From Pseudomonadota bacterium (GTDB lineage: Bacteria > Pseudomonadota > Alphaproteobacteria > Sphingomonadales > Sphingomonadaceae): a stretch of 64,000 nucleotides of DNA. Under the pieces are notes generated by a model. It saw nothing but the letters and a program-made list of their open reading frames with translations. It searched no databases and was not told where the DNA came from. Within the stretch, counting starts at the first letter, position 1. Every line of letters starts with the position of its first letter. The translations under genes and the position numbers were made by a program. Location of the stretch: positions 5,447-69,446 of the forward strand of contig JBKPLG010000060.1 of NCBI GenBank assembly GCA_046731515.1, written 5' to 3'. Positions 21,653-30,565 of the stretch are shown here, piece by piece.

Positions 21653-22062
21653 GCGCCGCGCCCGCGGAAGGCGGCTGTCTATGCGGCGCGATCCGTTATC
21701 GGGTCTCCAACGAGCCGGTCGCGACCACGCTCTGCCATTGCCGCTCCTGCCGCCGGGCGAGCGGCGGTACCAATGTCGCCTGGGCGGTCTTCGACCTTGC
21801 CAATTTCGAATGGCTGTGGGGGTACCCACAGGCCTATTCCTCGTCGCCTGGACTGGAGTGGCTGCATTGCCCCTGCTGCGGCACCCTCGTCGGCTATCGC
21901 CGCTCGTCGAGACCGACGCATATGGACATTACCACCGGCACGCTCGACGACCCCGACCGCTTCCCGCCCGCGGTAGAAATCTGGCTCAAGCATAAGATTA
22001 GCTGGGACGTACTCAATCCCGATTTGCCCACTCGCGATCGAAGCAGTCTCAATGACGACTGA
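21649..22062 (+). CDS. GFA (Mss4-like Zn-binding) family protein
   Basis: GGCLCGAIRY, CHCRSCRR, CPCCGT; ATGA overlap with yciI. Confidence 0.88.
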   Translation: MSAAPAEGGCLCGAIRYRVSNEPVATTLCHCRSCRRASGGTNVAWAVFDLANFEWLWGYPQAYSSSPGLEWLHCPCCGTLVGYRRSSRPTHMDITTGTLDDPDRFPPAVEIWLKHKISWDVLNPDLPTRDRSSLNDD

Positions 22063-22077
22063 CGCGCCGATAAAACA

Positions 22078-22108
22078 GGAAGGGCGTCCGTTTTCGCGGG
22101 CGCCCTTC
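22078..22108. terminator. Hairpin terminator between convergent genes
   Basis: GAAGGGCGTCCG-TTTTCG-CGGGCGCCCTTC with an A-rich left flank. Confidence 0.6.
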
Positions 22109-22134
22109 AACTTCAATGCACCTCCCGCTTCAAG

Positions 22135-22395
22135 TCAGTAGGAGTTGGTCGTGTTATCGCCCGAGTTGCGGACGGCATCAGCGGCATTCTCGGCATTGGC
22201 CTGGACGTTCTCGGCTGCGTTTTCGGCATTCGCCTCGATGTTTTCCGAAACGTTCGCGGCATTGGCCTCGATATTTTCGGCGACGTTCTCGGCGTTTGCC
22301 TCGATATTCTCCGCCGCATTTTCCCGGGGGCTCTGATTGCAGGCGGCAAGGGCAGCGAGACCGACAGCGACGGCCAGAGTAGTCGTGAGTTTCAT
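22135..22395 (-). CDS. Small lipoprotein with 11-residue Ala/Glu/Asn repeats
   Basis: Lipobox LAAC; AENIEANAENV-type unit x4; RBS AGGA upstream of ATG 22395. Confidence 0.8.
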   Translation of the reverse strand: MKLTTTLAVAVGLAALAACNQSPRENAAENIEANAENVAENIEANAANVSENIEANAENAAENVQANAENAADAVRNSGDNTTNSY

Positions 22396-22548
22396 CGGCT
22401 TTTTCCTGTTGATCGCGAAATGGCGCAAGCCAAAGCGCGCGAGAGGCGTCACGGTTCCGTAATATTTCCTCGCAACCGATCGAAACCGACGTCGTGCCTT
22501 GCTTCACCAGCCGCGTCACTACCGCGGCAATAGCGCCCCCCGCATCGG

Positions 22549-23070
22549 CTATTTCAGAGCCTTCACCGCCGCGAGCGTCTTCGCCACATGATCGCTCCAG
22601 TCGAGATCGTCGTGAACCATGACGACACGGCCTTTGCTGTCGATGACATAAGACGTGCGTGTAGTGAGCCCCGGATGCTCGGCCCAGGCCACGTCATAGG
22701 CTTTTTGAGTGGCCGGCGTTGCAGTGGCGACCGGAAACGCACTGCGGCATTCTTCGACTGAGAATTTCTTGAGGGTCGGAAGGTTGTCAGCCGACATTCC
22801 GATCACTTCGGCGCCGGCCTTCTTAAAGTCACCCACCGCTTCGCTGAAGGCGTGTGCCTCGAGCGTGCAGCCCTTCGTGAACGCCTTGGGGAAGAAATAG
22901 AGGACGACTGGCCCCTTCTTGAGTTCGTTCGCTAGCCGAAGCTTGAACGGCTTGCCGCCGACCGCGCCGGTCGTGACAAAGTCCGGAGCCTTGGCTCCAA
23001 CCGGCAAAGCCGCCGTCGCGGGACCTGCCGCCACTCCAAACATCGCGAGACCAACCAAGAACTTGCGCAT
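22549..23070 (-). CDS. Exported peroxiredoxin (BCP/AhpC-TSA family)
   Basis: Signal peptide; FFPKAFTKGCTLEA (PxxxTxxC); RTSYVID. Confidence 0.9.
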   Translation of the reverse strand: MRKFLVGLAMFGVAAGPATAALPVGAKAPDFVTTGAVGGKPFKLRLANELKKGPVVLYFFPKAFTKGCTLEAHAFSEAVGDFKKAGAEVIGMSADNLPTLKKFSVEECRSAFPVATATPATQKAYDVAWAEHPGLTTRTSYVIDSKGRVVMVHDDLDWSDHVAKTLAAVKALK

Positions 23071-23096
23071 CTGCGAGTCTCCTTCGGCGTGTAGCC

Positions 23097-23528
23097 TTAG
23101 CGTGAGGCGTCCAAAAGCGCGAGCGTGCGCTCGTCGCGTTCGCCGGCGAAGAAGACGGCGAGGCCAGCGTCGAAGAGGCCTCCTGGCTCGACTCGATCGA
23201 ACAAGGTGAGGCTCGAGCGCAGCTTCACGGCATCGACGGGGCCGAAGATTTGCTCGGCGGAGAGCTTGCCTTCCCATGGCAGAATCGCTTCGACGCACGC
23301 CCTCAGCCTCGATCCGAGGATGGCATGGCCGAGATAGGCACGCGCCTCCGCGATGGAGGCAATGGCGTAGAATTGTGCTGTGGGGCTCCGGCCAAGGCCG
23401 GCGAGCTGCGGGAAAATAAACCACATCCAGTGGCTTCGTTTTAAGCCGGCGGACAACTCTGCAAGGGCGGTCTCGAAAGTCCCATCCTGGGCATCGACGA
23501 AGCGTTCGAGATTGTAAGGGCCGATCAC
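23097..23528 (-). CDS. DUF1810 family protein
   Basis: LERFVDAQ, KRSHWMWFIFPQLAGLG, EARAYL.H..LG.RL, KLRSSLTLF. Confidence 0.88.
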   Translation of the reverse strand: MIGPYNLERFVDAQDGTFETALAELSAGLKRSHWMWFIFPQLAGLGRSPTAQFYAIASIAEARAYLGHAILGSRLRACVEAILPWEGKLSAEQIFGPVDAVKLRSSLTLFDRVEPGGLFDAGLAVFFAGERDERTLALLDASR

Positions 23529-23576
23529 TCCGGCATCATGGGCCGGGAGCCGGCAGCGGGAAAGAGCGGCTCGCGC

Positions 23577-23762
23577 CTATTGGTGAGGCGCGAGCAGCCC
23601 GGCCAGAACGTAGAAGAGGATCATGATTGGGCCGGTGATCAAGGTCGCGGCGATGAAGCCCAGGCGAATGATCAACGGGTCGATGCCGCTATAATCGGCA
23701 AGACCGGCGGCGACGCCCATGACCTTGGCGTCGCGCCGGTTAATCAGGAAACGTCCGTTCAT
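23577..23762 (-). CDS. PspC domain protein
   Basis: DAKVMGVAAGLADYSGIDPLIIRL plus TM; RBS AAGGA. Confidence 0.85.
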   Translation of the reverse strand: MNGRFLINRRDAKVMGVAAGLADYSGIDPLIIRLGFIAATLITGPIMILFYVLAGLLAPHQ

Positions 23763-23790
23763 TTCGGTTTCCTTGTTGTGTTGAGGGGCT

Positions 23791-23898
23791 TCAGGCGATC
23801 GGCAGCGAAGTGGCGGCCGAAACGAGCAGAAGCGCGGAGACGAACGCACCGGCGAAAATGGTGGCAGTCGCACGGGCGGAAGCAAAAGTGGCGGACAT
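23791..23898 (-). CDS. 35-aa hydrophobic small protein
   Basis: MSATFASARATATIFAGAFVSALLLVSAATSLPIA with RBS AAAGGGG, between the sigma54 promoter and pspC. Confidence 0.6.
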   Translation of the reverse strand: MSATFASARATATIFAGAFVSALLLVSAATSLPIA

Positions 23899-23953
23899 CG
23901 TAAAACCCCTTTCATCTTTGGCGAACCCGACCATCGGGCCCACGCCAATATCA

Positions 23954-23970
23954 TGCAGGGGGCGTGCCAA
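23954..23970 (-). promoter_or_regulatory. Sigma54 (-24/-12) promoter
   Basis: TTGGCACGCCCCCTGCA with canonical GG-N10-GC spacing. Confidence 0.8.
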
Positions 23971-24010
23971 TCGTAAAATGTCGTGTATTTTCAATGTCGC
24001 CTGTTGCTAA

Positions 24011-24060
24011 TTGGCGAGAATTGCTAGCACTCGCCGCCGTCAGTTAGTGAAAAACACCAA
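24011..24060. promoter_or_regulatory. Two candidate enhancer-binding-protein (PspF-like) sites
   Basis: TTGGCGAGAATTGCTAG (24011-24027) and TTAGTGAAAAACACCAA (24044-24060), imperfect palindromes upstream of the sigma54 site. Confidence 0.55.
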
Positions 24061-24066
24061 CCAGTG

Positions 24067-24921
24067 TCAGCTCGAGGTTGTATCGCCGCCGTCGGGGTGC
24101 AGCACCTGCGCCGTCATGTAGCTCGAATCCTGGCAGGCCAGGAACAGGAAGGAGGGGGCGACCTCGTTCGGCTGGCCCGGGCGGCCCATCGGCGTATCCT
24201 TGCCGAACTCCGGAATCTTTTCCGGCGGCTGCCCGCCCGACGGGTTGAGCGGAGTCCAGATCGGGCCCGGAGCGACCGCGTTCACACGAATCCCCTTCTT
24301 GACCAGGTTTAGCGCAAGCGAGCGAGTGAAGGCGGTTATCGCTCCTTTCGTCGCGCTATAGTCGAGGAGGCCGGGCGAACCTGCGTACATCGTCTCGGAC
24401 GTGCAATTGATAATGGCGGAGCCCTCTTTGAGGTGCGGGGCAGCCGCCTGGGTCAGATAGAACATGCCGAAAATATTGGTCTGGAAGGTACGCCGCAGCT
24501 GCTCCTCGGTGATCTCAGTGACGTCCTTGTCGTAATGCTGCTCTCCCGCATTGTTGACGAGTATGTCCAGCCGGCCGAGTTCGCGAACCGTCTCTTCAAC
24601 CGCACGTTCGCAGAATTTCTTGTCGCCAACGTCTCCGGCGATCGTCAGTGCTCGGCGCCCCTCCTTTTCTACGATTTCCTTCGTCTTGGCGGCGTCGTCA
24701 TGTTCGCAAAGATAGAGAATTGCGATGTGGGCGCCCTCACGGGCAAACAGTGCGGCGACCGCCCGGCCGATACCGCTGTCAGCGCCGGTGATGAGAGCAA
24801 CCTTTTCTTTCAGACGATCGGAGCCGCGATATTTGGGTTCCCAGTCGGGCTTGGGTTCGAGCTTGCTTTCGTGACCGGGCAGCTGATCCTCGTGAATCAT
24901 CGGTTCCATAACGTCAGGCAT
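24067..24921 (-). CDS. SDR oxidoreductase (YhdF/YghA general-stress type)
   Basis: TGADSGIGRA, NNAG, YSATK, VAPGPIWTPL. Confidence 0.92.
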   Translation of the reverse strand: MPDVMEPMIHEDQLPGHESKLEPKPDWEPKYRGSDRLKEKVALITGADSGIGRAVAALFAREGAHIAILYLCEHDDAAKTKEIVEKEGRRALTIAGDVGDKKFCERAVEETVRELGRLDILVNNAGEQHYDKDVTEITEEQLRRTFQTNIFGMFYLTQAAAPHLKEGSAIINCTSETMYAGSPGLLDYSATKGAITAFTRSLALNLVKKGIRVNAVAPGPIWTPLNPSGGQPPEKIPEFGKDTPMGRPGQPNEVAPSFLFLACQDSSYMTAQVLHPDGGDTTSS

Positions 24922-24924
24922 GGC

Positions 24925-25059
24925 TCACTCCTTCGGTGCGATCCCCATGCCTTCCCTCTCGAACTCCTCGGCAGTCGCCTGATTGAGCTCGCCCTCTTTG
25001 GCGCTTTCGCCTCGCCGGCCGCGAGGCACTTTGGGTTTTCTTTTCTTTAGAAGCTTCAT
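24925..25059 (-). CDS. 44-aa small protein upstream of the SDR
   Basis: [44 protein letters not shown]; its 3' end (AAGGAG) provides the SDR RBS. Below the ORF-track cutoff. Confidence 0.55.
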   Translation of the reverse strand: MKLLKKRKPKVPRGRRGESAKEGELNQATAEEFEREGMGIAPKE

Positions 25060-25069
25060 GCGCCCTACG

Positions 25070-25094
25070 AACCGTTGCGTCGCAACACAGTTCC
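25070..25094 (-). promoter_or_regulatory. EcfG (SigT/RpoE2)-type general stress promoter
   Basis: GGAAC-N16-GGTT upstream of the small ORF and SDR. Confidence 0.65.
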
Positions 25095-25144
25095 GCACTT
25101 AGTCTCGGTTTGCGACGGTTGATCCACGCTCCTACCTTAAGTTC

Positions 25145-26962
25145 ATGGCAGGCAAGGCAGTGACGCAGCAAAGACCGAGCGGTGGTTTCGGCGCGTTGTG
25201 GCGATTCTTGCCAATGCTCTGGCCTAAGGGCGAAACTGAGCTCAAGGCGCGCGTCGTCGCCGCGGTGGTGCTTGTGTTGGCCGGCAAGGCGGCCCTTCTT
25301 CTTATGCCATTCGCCTACAAGGCGGTGATCGACGGAATGTCCGGCCGCACCGTCGCCTTTGGTGTCGTCGCCGGGTTGGTCGCGGGCTATGCGACGGCGC
25401 GCTTTGCCGGAGTATTGTCGGACAATCTGCGCAATGCTTTGTTTGAAAAGGTCGGGCAGGACGCGGTTCGGCGGCTGGCCGGCAGCGTCTTCCGACACGT
25501 TCACGATCTGAGCCTGCGCTTTCACCTCGAACGCCGCACAGGCTCGCTCACCAAGATCGTCGAGCGCGGCACCAAGAGCATCGACATGATGCTCTATTTC
25601 CTCCTGTTCAACATCGCTCCGACGGTCATCGAGCTCGGCGCGATCTGCGTCATCTTCCTGGTGAAGTTTGGCGCCGGCCTGGTCGCGGCTACGCTCGTGA
25701 TGGTCGCGGTCTACATCACCTTCACGCGCAAGGTCACCGACTGGCGCGCGCAGCTTCAGCGCCAAATGAACGAGGTCGACAACAAAGCCATCGGCCGTGC
25801 GGTCGATTCGCTTCTCAACTATGAGACGGTCAAATATTTTGGCGCCGAGGATCGCGAGGCGGGGCGGTATGAAGATGCCGTCGCTGCTTATTCGCGTTCG
25901 GCGGTCCGCAACGAAGTCTCGCTGGCCTGGCTCAACATCGGTCAGGCGTTCATCACCAACTTGATGATGGCCGGCGCGATGATCTTCACCGTCTGGGGGT
26001 GGAGCAAGGGCCGCTTCACGCCAGGCGACGTCGTACTCGTCAATTCGTTGCTGATGCAGCTGTTTCGCCCGCTCGACGCGCTCGGCTGGGTTTACCGGTC
26101 GATCCGGCAGGGCCTGATCGACATGGAAGCGATGTGGGACTTGCTCGATACGCCTGCGGAGGTCGTGGACAGGCGTGACGCCAAGCCGATCCACGTCACT
26201 CGCGGTCAGGTTCGCTTCGAAGATGTACGCTTTGGGTACGAGCGCGGACGAGAGATTTTGCAAGGACTCGACCTCGACGTTGTCGCTGGCACGAGCTGCG
26301 CGATCGTCGGGCCTTCAGGAGCCGGCAAATCGACGATCGCCCGCTTGCTCTACCGATTCTACGATCCTGTCGCGGGGCGCATCCTGATCGACGGTCAGGA
26401 TATCGCCGACGTGACTCAGAAGAGCCTCCGAGCCGCCATCGGTATCGTCCCACAGGACACTGTCCTGTTCAACGATACGATCGGCTACAATATCGCGTAC
26501 GGCAAAGCTGAAGCGTCACAAGCTGAGATCGAAACCGCAGCTCAGGGCGCCGCAATCGACCGCTTCATCGACGCTCTTCCCGAAGACTATGGATCGATGG
26601 TGGGCGAGCGCGGGCTGAAGCTCTCGGGCGGCGAGAAGCAGCGCGTTGCAATCGCCCGGACCCTCCTTAAGAACCCACCCATCCTGGTCCTCGACGAAGC
26701 GACGAGTGCGCTCGACAGCCGCACCGAACAGGCCATTCAGGAAACCCTCGACCGAGTGGCCGAAAGCCGCACCACGATCATGATCGCACATCGCCTGTCG
26801 ACGATCGTCAATGCCGATCAAATCGTAGTGCTCGACGAAGGCCGGGTCGCCGAACGCGGGACCCACGAGGAGCTGCTCGAGCGCGGGGGGCTTTATGCCG
26901 ATCTATGGTATCGCCAGGCGGCCGAGCAATTGGCGGAAGAAGCGGCCCAGGCGGCGGAATGA
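25145..26962 (+). CDS. Atm1/ABCB7-type ABC exporter (permease + ATPase)
   Basis: FHLERRTG, DSLLNYETVKYF, GPSGAGKST, LSGGEKQR, LDEATSALD. Confidence 0.95.
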   Translation: MAGKAVTQQRPSGGFGALWRFLPMLWPKGETELKARVVAAVVLVLAGKAALLLMPFAYKAVIDGMSGRTVAFGVVAGLVAGYATARFAGVLSDNLRNALFEKVGQDAVRRLAGSVFRHVHDLSLRFHLERRTGSLTKIVERGTKSIDMMLYFLLFNIAPTVIELGAICVIFLVKFGAGLVAATLVMVAVYITFTRKVTDWRAQLQRQMNEVDNKAIGRAVDSLLNYETVKYFGAEDREAGRYEDAVAAYSRSAVRNEVSLAWLNIGQAFITNLMMAGAMIFTVWGWSKGRFTPGDVVLVNSLLMQLFRPLDALGWVYRSIRQGLIDMEAMWDLLDTPAEVVDRRDAKPIHVTRGQVRFEDVRFGYERGREILQGLDLDVVAGTSCAIVGPSGAGKSTIARLLYRFYDPVAGRILIDGQDIADVTQKSLRAAIGIVPQDTVLFNDTIGYNIAYGKAEASQAEIETAAQGAAIDRFIDALPEDYGSMVGERGLKLSGGEKQRVAIARTLLKNPPILVLDEATSALDSRTEQAIQETLDRVAESRTTIMIAHRLSTIVNADQIVVLDEGRVAERGTHEELLERGGLYADLWYRQAAEQLAEEAAQAAE

Positions 26963-27095
26963 CATGAATGAAATGATCGTCCAACTCTGTTTTTAGGATC
27001 AGCCTTTCACTGAACGGCCGATATTCAGGCTTGCGTAAGACGGCCGACGGTTGTTCAGCGCTTCACGCACAAATTGACCCGCTTAGGGGAGAGAC

Positions 27096-29324
27096 ATGAT
27101 CCGTAGGCTTCTTCTTGCGACGGCCGCGCTTGCCGTCGTGACCACCGCGCAAGTCGCCGCCGCCCCGCGCAAAAAGACCTCGACAGCCGCGGCAACGCTG
27201 CCCGCATCGAATCCGTTTACCAAACCGAGCATTCTTCCCTTGGAAGCCCCTGACTTTTCAAGGATCAAGGACAGCGATTACCTGCCCGCCTTGCTCGCCG
27301 GAATGGCTCAGCAAAAGCGCGAGGTGGCGGCCATCGCGAACGATCCCTCCCCGGCGACGTTCAACAACACGCTTGTGGCGCTGGAACGGTCAGGCGCCTT
27401 GCTTGAGCGCGCACAACTCACGTTCTTGGCCGTCAACGGCGCGAACACCAACGATACGCTGCAGGCAACCGATACCAAGACTGCGCCTCTGTTCGCTCAG
27501 CACCGGGACTTCATCTACCTGAACCCAAAGCTCTTCAAGCGCGTGCAATATCTTTACGACAAACGCGCTGAGCTGAACCTCAACCCCGAGCAGGCGCGCT
27601 TACTGCAGGTGCAATACGATCAGTTCGTAAAGGCCGGCGCGAAGCTTTCACCGGAGAAGCAGGCAGAGCTTAAGAAGCTCAACACCGAGATCAGCAGCCT
27701 CGAAACGAAGTTCACTCAGACCTTGCTTGCGGGAACAAAGGAGGGTGCACTGCACGTCACTGACAAGGCAGAGCTCGCCGGTCTGTCGGACGAAGATATC
27801 GCTGCTGCCGAGCAGGCAGCGAAGGATCGCAAGGTCGCCAGCTATTTGCTTCCGCTGCAGAACACGACGCAGCAGCCGTCGCTGGAATCACTGACCAATC
27901 GGGCCACGCGCGAGGCGTTGTACACTGCAAGCATCACGCGCGCGTCGAAGGGCGACAAGAACGACACGCGCGCGCTGATCAGCGAGATCGCGCAGCTGCG
28001 CGCGAAGAAGGCGGGTCTGCTCGGTTTCCCCAACTGGGCGGCCTATACGCTGACCGACCAGATGGCCAAGACACCGGAGGCGGCGATCGGCTTCATCCAG
28101 CGGCTGCAGCCGGCGACTACGGCAAAGGAAAAAGCGGAATATGCCGATATCCAAGCCCTTGTGAAGGCGCAGGGCGGCGGCTTCCAGGCCAAGCCTTGGG
28201 ACTGGAATTTCTACGCCGAGCAAATCCGAAAATCGCGCTACGCGATCGATAGCGACCAGCTGAAGCAATATTTTGAGTTCAACAAGGTTCTGGAAGACGG
28301 CGTCTTCTACGCCGCCAATCAACTCTACGGACTGACGTTCAGCGAGCGGAAGGATCTTCCGACCTGGGATCCGGAAATGCGGGTATTCCAGGTCAATGAT
28401 CAGGACGGCAAGGAGCTCGGGCTTTTCTACATCGACCCATGGAAGCGCGACAACAAGAGCGGTGGCGCATGGATGTCAAACCTGGTCAACCAGTCATATC
28501 TGCGTGAGACCAAGCCAGTGGTGTTCAACGTCGAGAACTTCACCAAGCCGGCGCCGGGCAAGCCTGCGCTCATCACGTGGGACGACGTGACCACCATGTT
28601 CCATGAGTTCGGCCATGCGTTGCACGGGCTGTTCGCCGCGCAGACCTATCCAACTCTGTCAGGCACCAACGTCGCACGCGACTTCGTCGAGTTCCCATCA
28701 CAGTTCAACGAGAATTGGGCGCTCGATCCCAAGGTCCTGCCCCATTACGCAATCCACTATCAGACCGGCCAGTCGATCCCGCAGGATCTCATCGACAAGA
28801 TCAAGCGAGCGCGCACCTTTAACCAGGGCTATAAGCTGGGCGAGGCGATCACCGCGGCGAAGATGGATCTCGACTGGCACTCGCTGTCGCCAGACGCTCC
28901 GCGGCAGGATTCCGACAAATTCCAGGCCGAATCACTGGCGAAGAGCGGTTTCGACGCCGCCGACGTTCCGCCGCGTTATTATTCGCCTTACTTCCTCCAT
29001 ATCTGGAGCAACGGCTATTCGGCCGGCTATTACGCATACGCCTGGACGGAAATGCTGGACCATGACGCGTTCGCCTGGTTCGAACAGCATGGCGGCCTGA
29101 ACCGCGCCAATGGTCAGCGCTTTCGCGATATGGTCCTGTCGCGTGGCAACACGATCGACTATGCGGAGATGTATCGGGCCTGGGCCGGGCACGATCCTAG
29201 CGTGGAACCGATGCTTGAGTTTCGCGGGCTGACCGGGGCGGGCGCAGGTGGCGCACCGGCTCAAGCTCCGCCCTCGCCGATGCCGGCCCCGGCCGCGCCG
29301 ACGCCGGATGAAAGGGGCCGGTAA
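27096..29324 (+). CDS. dcp: Exported M3 family metallopeptidase (peptidyl-dipeptidase Dcp-like)
   Basis: Signal peptide; FHEFGHALH, RDFVEFPSQ, GYSAGYYAY.W; Pro-rich C-terminal extension ending DERGR. Confidence 0.92.
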   Translation: MIRRLLLATAALAVVTTAQVAAAPRKKTSTAAATLPASNPFTKPSILPLEAPDFSRIKDSDYLPALLAGMAQQKREVAAIANDPSPATFNNTLVALERSGALLERAQLTFLAVNGANTNDTLQATDTKTAPLFAQHRDFIYLNPKLFKRVQYLYDKRAELNLNPEQARLLQVQYDQFVKAGAKLSPEKQAELKKLNTEISSLETKFTQTLLAGTKEGALHVTDKAELAGLSDEDIAAAEQAAKDRKVASYLLPLQNTTQQPSLESLTNRATREALYTASITRASKGDKNDTRALISEIAQLRAKKAGLLGFPNWAAYTLTDQMAKTPEAAIGFIQRLQPATTAKEKAEYADIQALVKAQGGGFQAKPWDWNFYAEQIRKSRYAIDSDQLKQYFEFNKVLEDGVFYAANQLYGLTFSERKDLPTWDPEMRVFQVNDQDGKELGLFYIDPWKRDNKSGGAWMSNLVNQSYLRETKPVVFNVENFTKPAPGKPALITWDDVTTMFHEFGHALHGLFAAQTYPTLSGTNVARDFVEFPSQFNENWALDPKVLPHYAIHYQTGQSIPQDLIDKIKRARTFNQGYKLGEAITAAKMDLDWHSLSPDAPRQDSDKFQAESLAKSGFDAADVPPRYYSPYFLHIWSNGYSAGYYAYAWTEMLDHDAFAWFEQHGGLNRANGQRFRDMVLSRGNTIDYAEMYRAWAGHDPSVEPMLEFRGLTGAGAGGAPAQAPPSPMPAPAAPTPDERGR

Positions 29325-29328
29325 TGTC

Positions 29329-29736
29329 ATGATCCGCCAGCTGGACGAGAAGACTTTGGTGAGCGGACAAATCCTGGTCCACGAAGTCGCCGGTCTGGCG
29401 GAGCAAGGCGTAACGTTGCTGGTCAATAATCGTCCGGACTTTGAGGAGCCGGGACAGCCGCTCGCGGCGGAAATCGAGGAGGCGGCTGCACAGGCCGGAA
29501 TCGCCTATCGTTTCGTGCCCATCATCCGGGGCATCGGACCGGCGGACGTCGAAGCGATGCAGCAGGCGCGCAACGAAGCCGGCAGCGGCAAGCTCCTCGC
29601 TTTCTGTCGCTCGGGCACGCGCTCCGCGCTCGCGGCGGCGCTCGCCATACGGGAGGAAGGCGCTTCCCGGGACGAGGTCGAGCGCTGCCTCGCCGAGGCT
29701 GGCGTCGATTCGGGACCGATCGCCCACCTTCTCTAG
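29329..29736 (+). CDS. TIGR01244/DUF442 family sulfur transferase/phosphatase-like protein
   Basis: VSGQI, NNRPD.EEPGQP, FCRSGTRS. Confidence 0.88.
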   Translation: MIRQLDEKTLVSGQILVHEVAGLAEQGVTLLVNNRPDFEEPGQPLAAEIEEAAAQAGIAYRFVPIIRGIGPADVEAMQQARNEAGSGKLLAFCRSGTRSALAAALAIREEGASRDEVERCLAEAGVDSGPIAHLL

Positions 29737-29942
29737 ACTTCATACTCCAGCAGCAGCTTTTGGGCTCCGACCAGGTTTTCATCGAGCACCATGACTCGAA
29801 CGCCCACCAAAGCGCCTTCCGAATAGCCGGAACTTTGCGTGTCGAAGACGACCGCGTCGATCCCATGTTGCTCAAGAAAGATACGAAACAGTTCCGCCTG
29901 ATACGGCCAATTGAAGCGCGCCGCTTCGACGAGGTCGCTCAC
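29733..29942 (-). CDS. DUF2007-like small protein
   Basis: AEL....LE..GI.A.V.D and VRVMV.......A..LL. Confidence 0.75.
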   Translation of the reverse strand: MSDLVEAARFNWPYQAELFRIFLEQHGIDAVVFDTQSSGYSEGALVGVRVMVLDENLVGAQKLLLEYEV

Positions 29943-30475
29943 CAGGGAAAGACGTCGCCAGCCGCCATCTCGTCCGGCCGCGGCGCTCGTCCCAGGATCG
30001 CATTGCGATGCGGAAATCGTCCGAACCGCTCAATGACGTCATGGTGTTTCTTCGCGTAGCCGAGCTGCTCCTCGTCTCCGAGCTCTGTAAAAAGCAGCAC
30101 GGCGCGATTCTGGTCGGCGAGACTCTCGCTGTGCTGAAACGGCATGTACAGGAAATTGCGCTCGTTCGGTTTCAGCTGCTCGTCGAAGCCCTTGTCGATC
30201 GCGCCTTTGACGATTGCCAGCGCCAGATGATCGGTCGCGAACTGCTCGGCGTGACCCCGAAACATGTTGCGCGGGAATTGGTCGAACAGGATGACGCCGG
30301 CAAGGGCGGTCAGGGGATCGGTAAGGAAGCTTTCCACCGGCAGCTGGCGCTTCTCCGCCCAGACCTTGAGGAAACGCTCTTTGACTCGATGGTCGATCTC
30401 CGGCCCACCCTTCCACCATTCGTCGTAAGTCAGGCCGAACCAGAAACGCAGAACATTCGCTCGCCAGTCTGTCAT
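29939..30475 (-). CDS. DUF924 family protein
   Basis: VLRFWF, DQFPRNMFRG, FLYMPFQHSE, RFGRFPHRNAILGR. Confidence 0.92.
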   Translation of the reverse strand: MTDWRANVLRFWFGLTYDEWWKGGPEIDHRVKERFLKVWAEKRQLPVESFLTDPLTALAGVILFDQFPRNMFRGHAEQFATDHLALAIVKGAIDKGFDEQLKPNERNFLYMPFQHSESLADQNRAVLLFTELGDEEQLGYAKKHHDVIERFGRFPHRNAILGRAPRPDEMAAGDVFPW

Positions 30476-30565
30476 TGCGAGCCCCGAATGGGCGGGGCAA
30501 TCCAGCTTTTCTTCTGGATTTCTTGGCCTGCGGCCGACTTGGGCCCGCTGCGCTTGCAATGAGGC

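Noticed and set aside
22175-22320. 33-bp periodic repeats as a possible CRISPR array
   Set aside because: They are in-frame coding tandem repeats with no unique spacers, and there are no cas genes.
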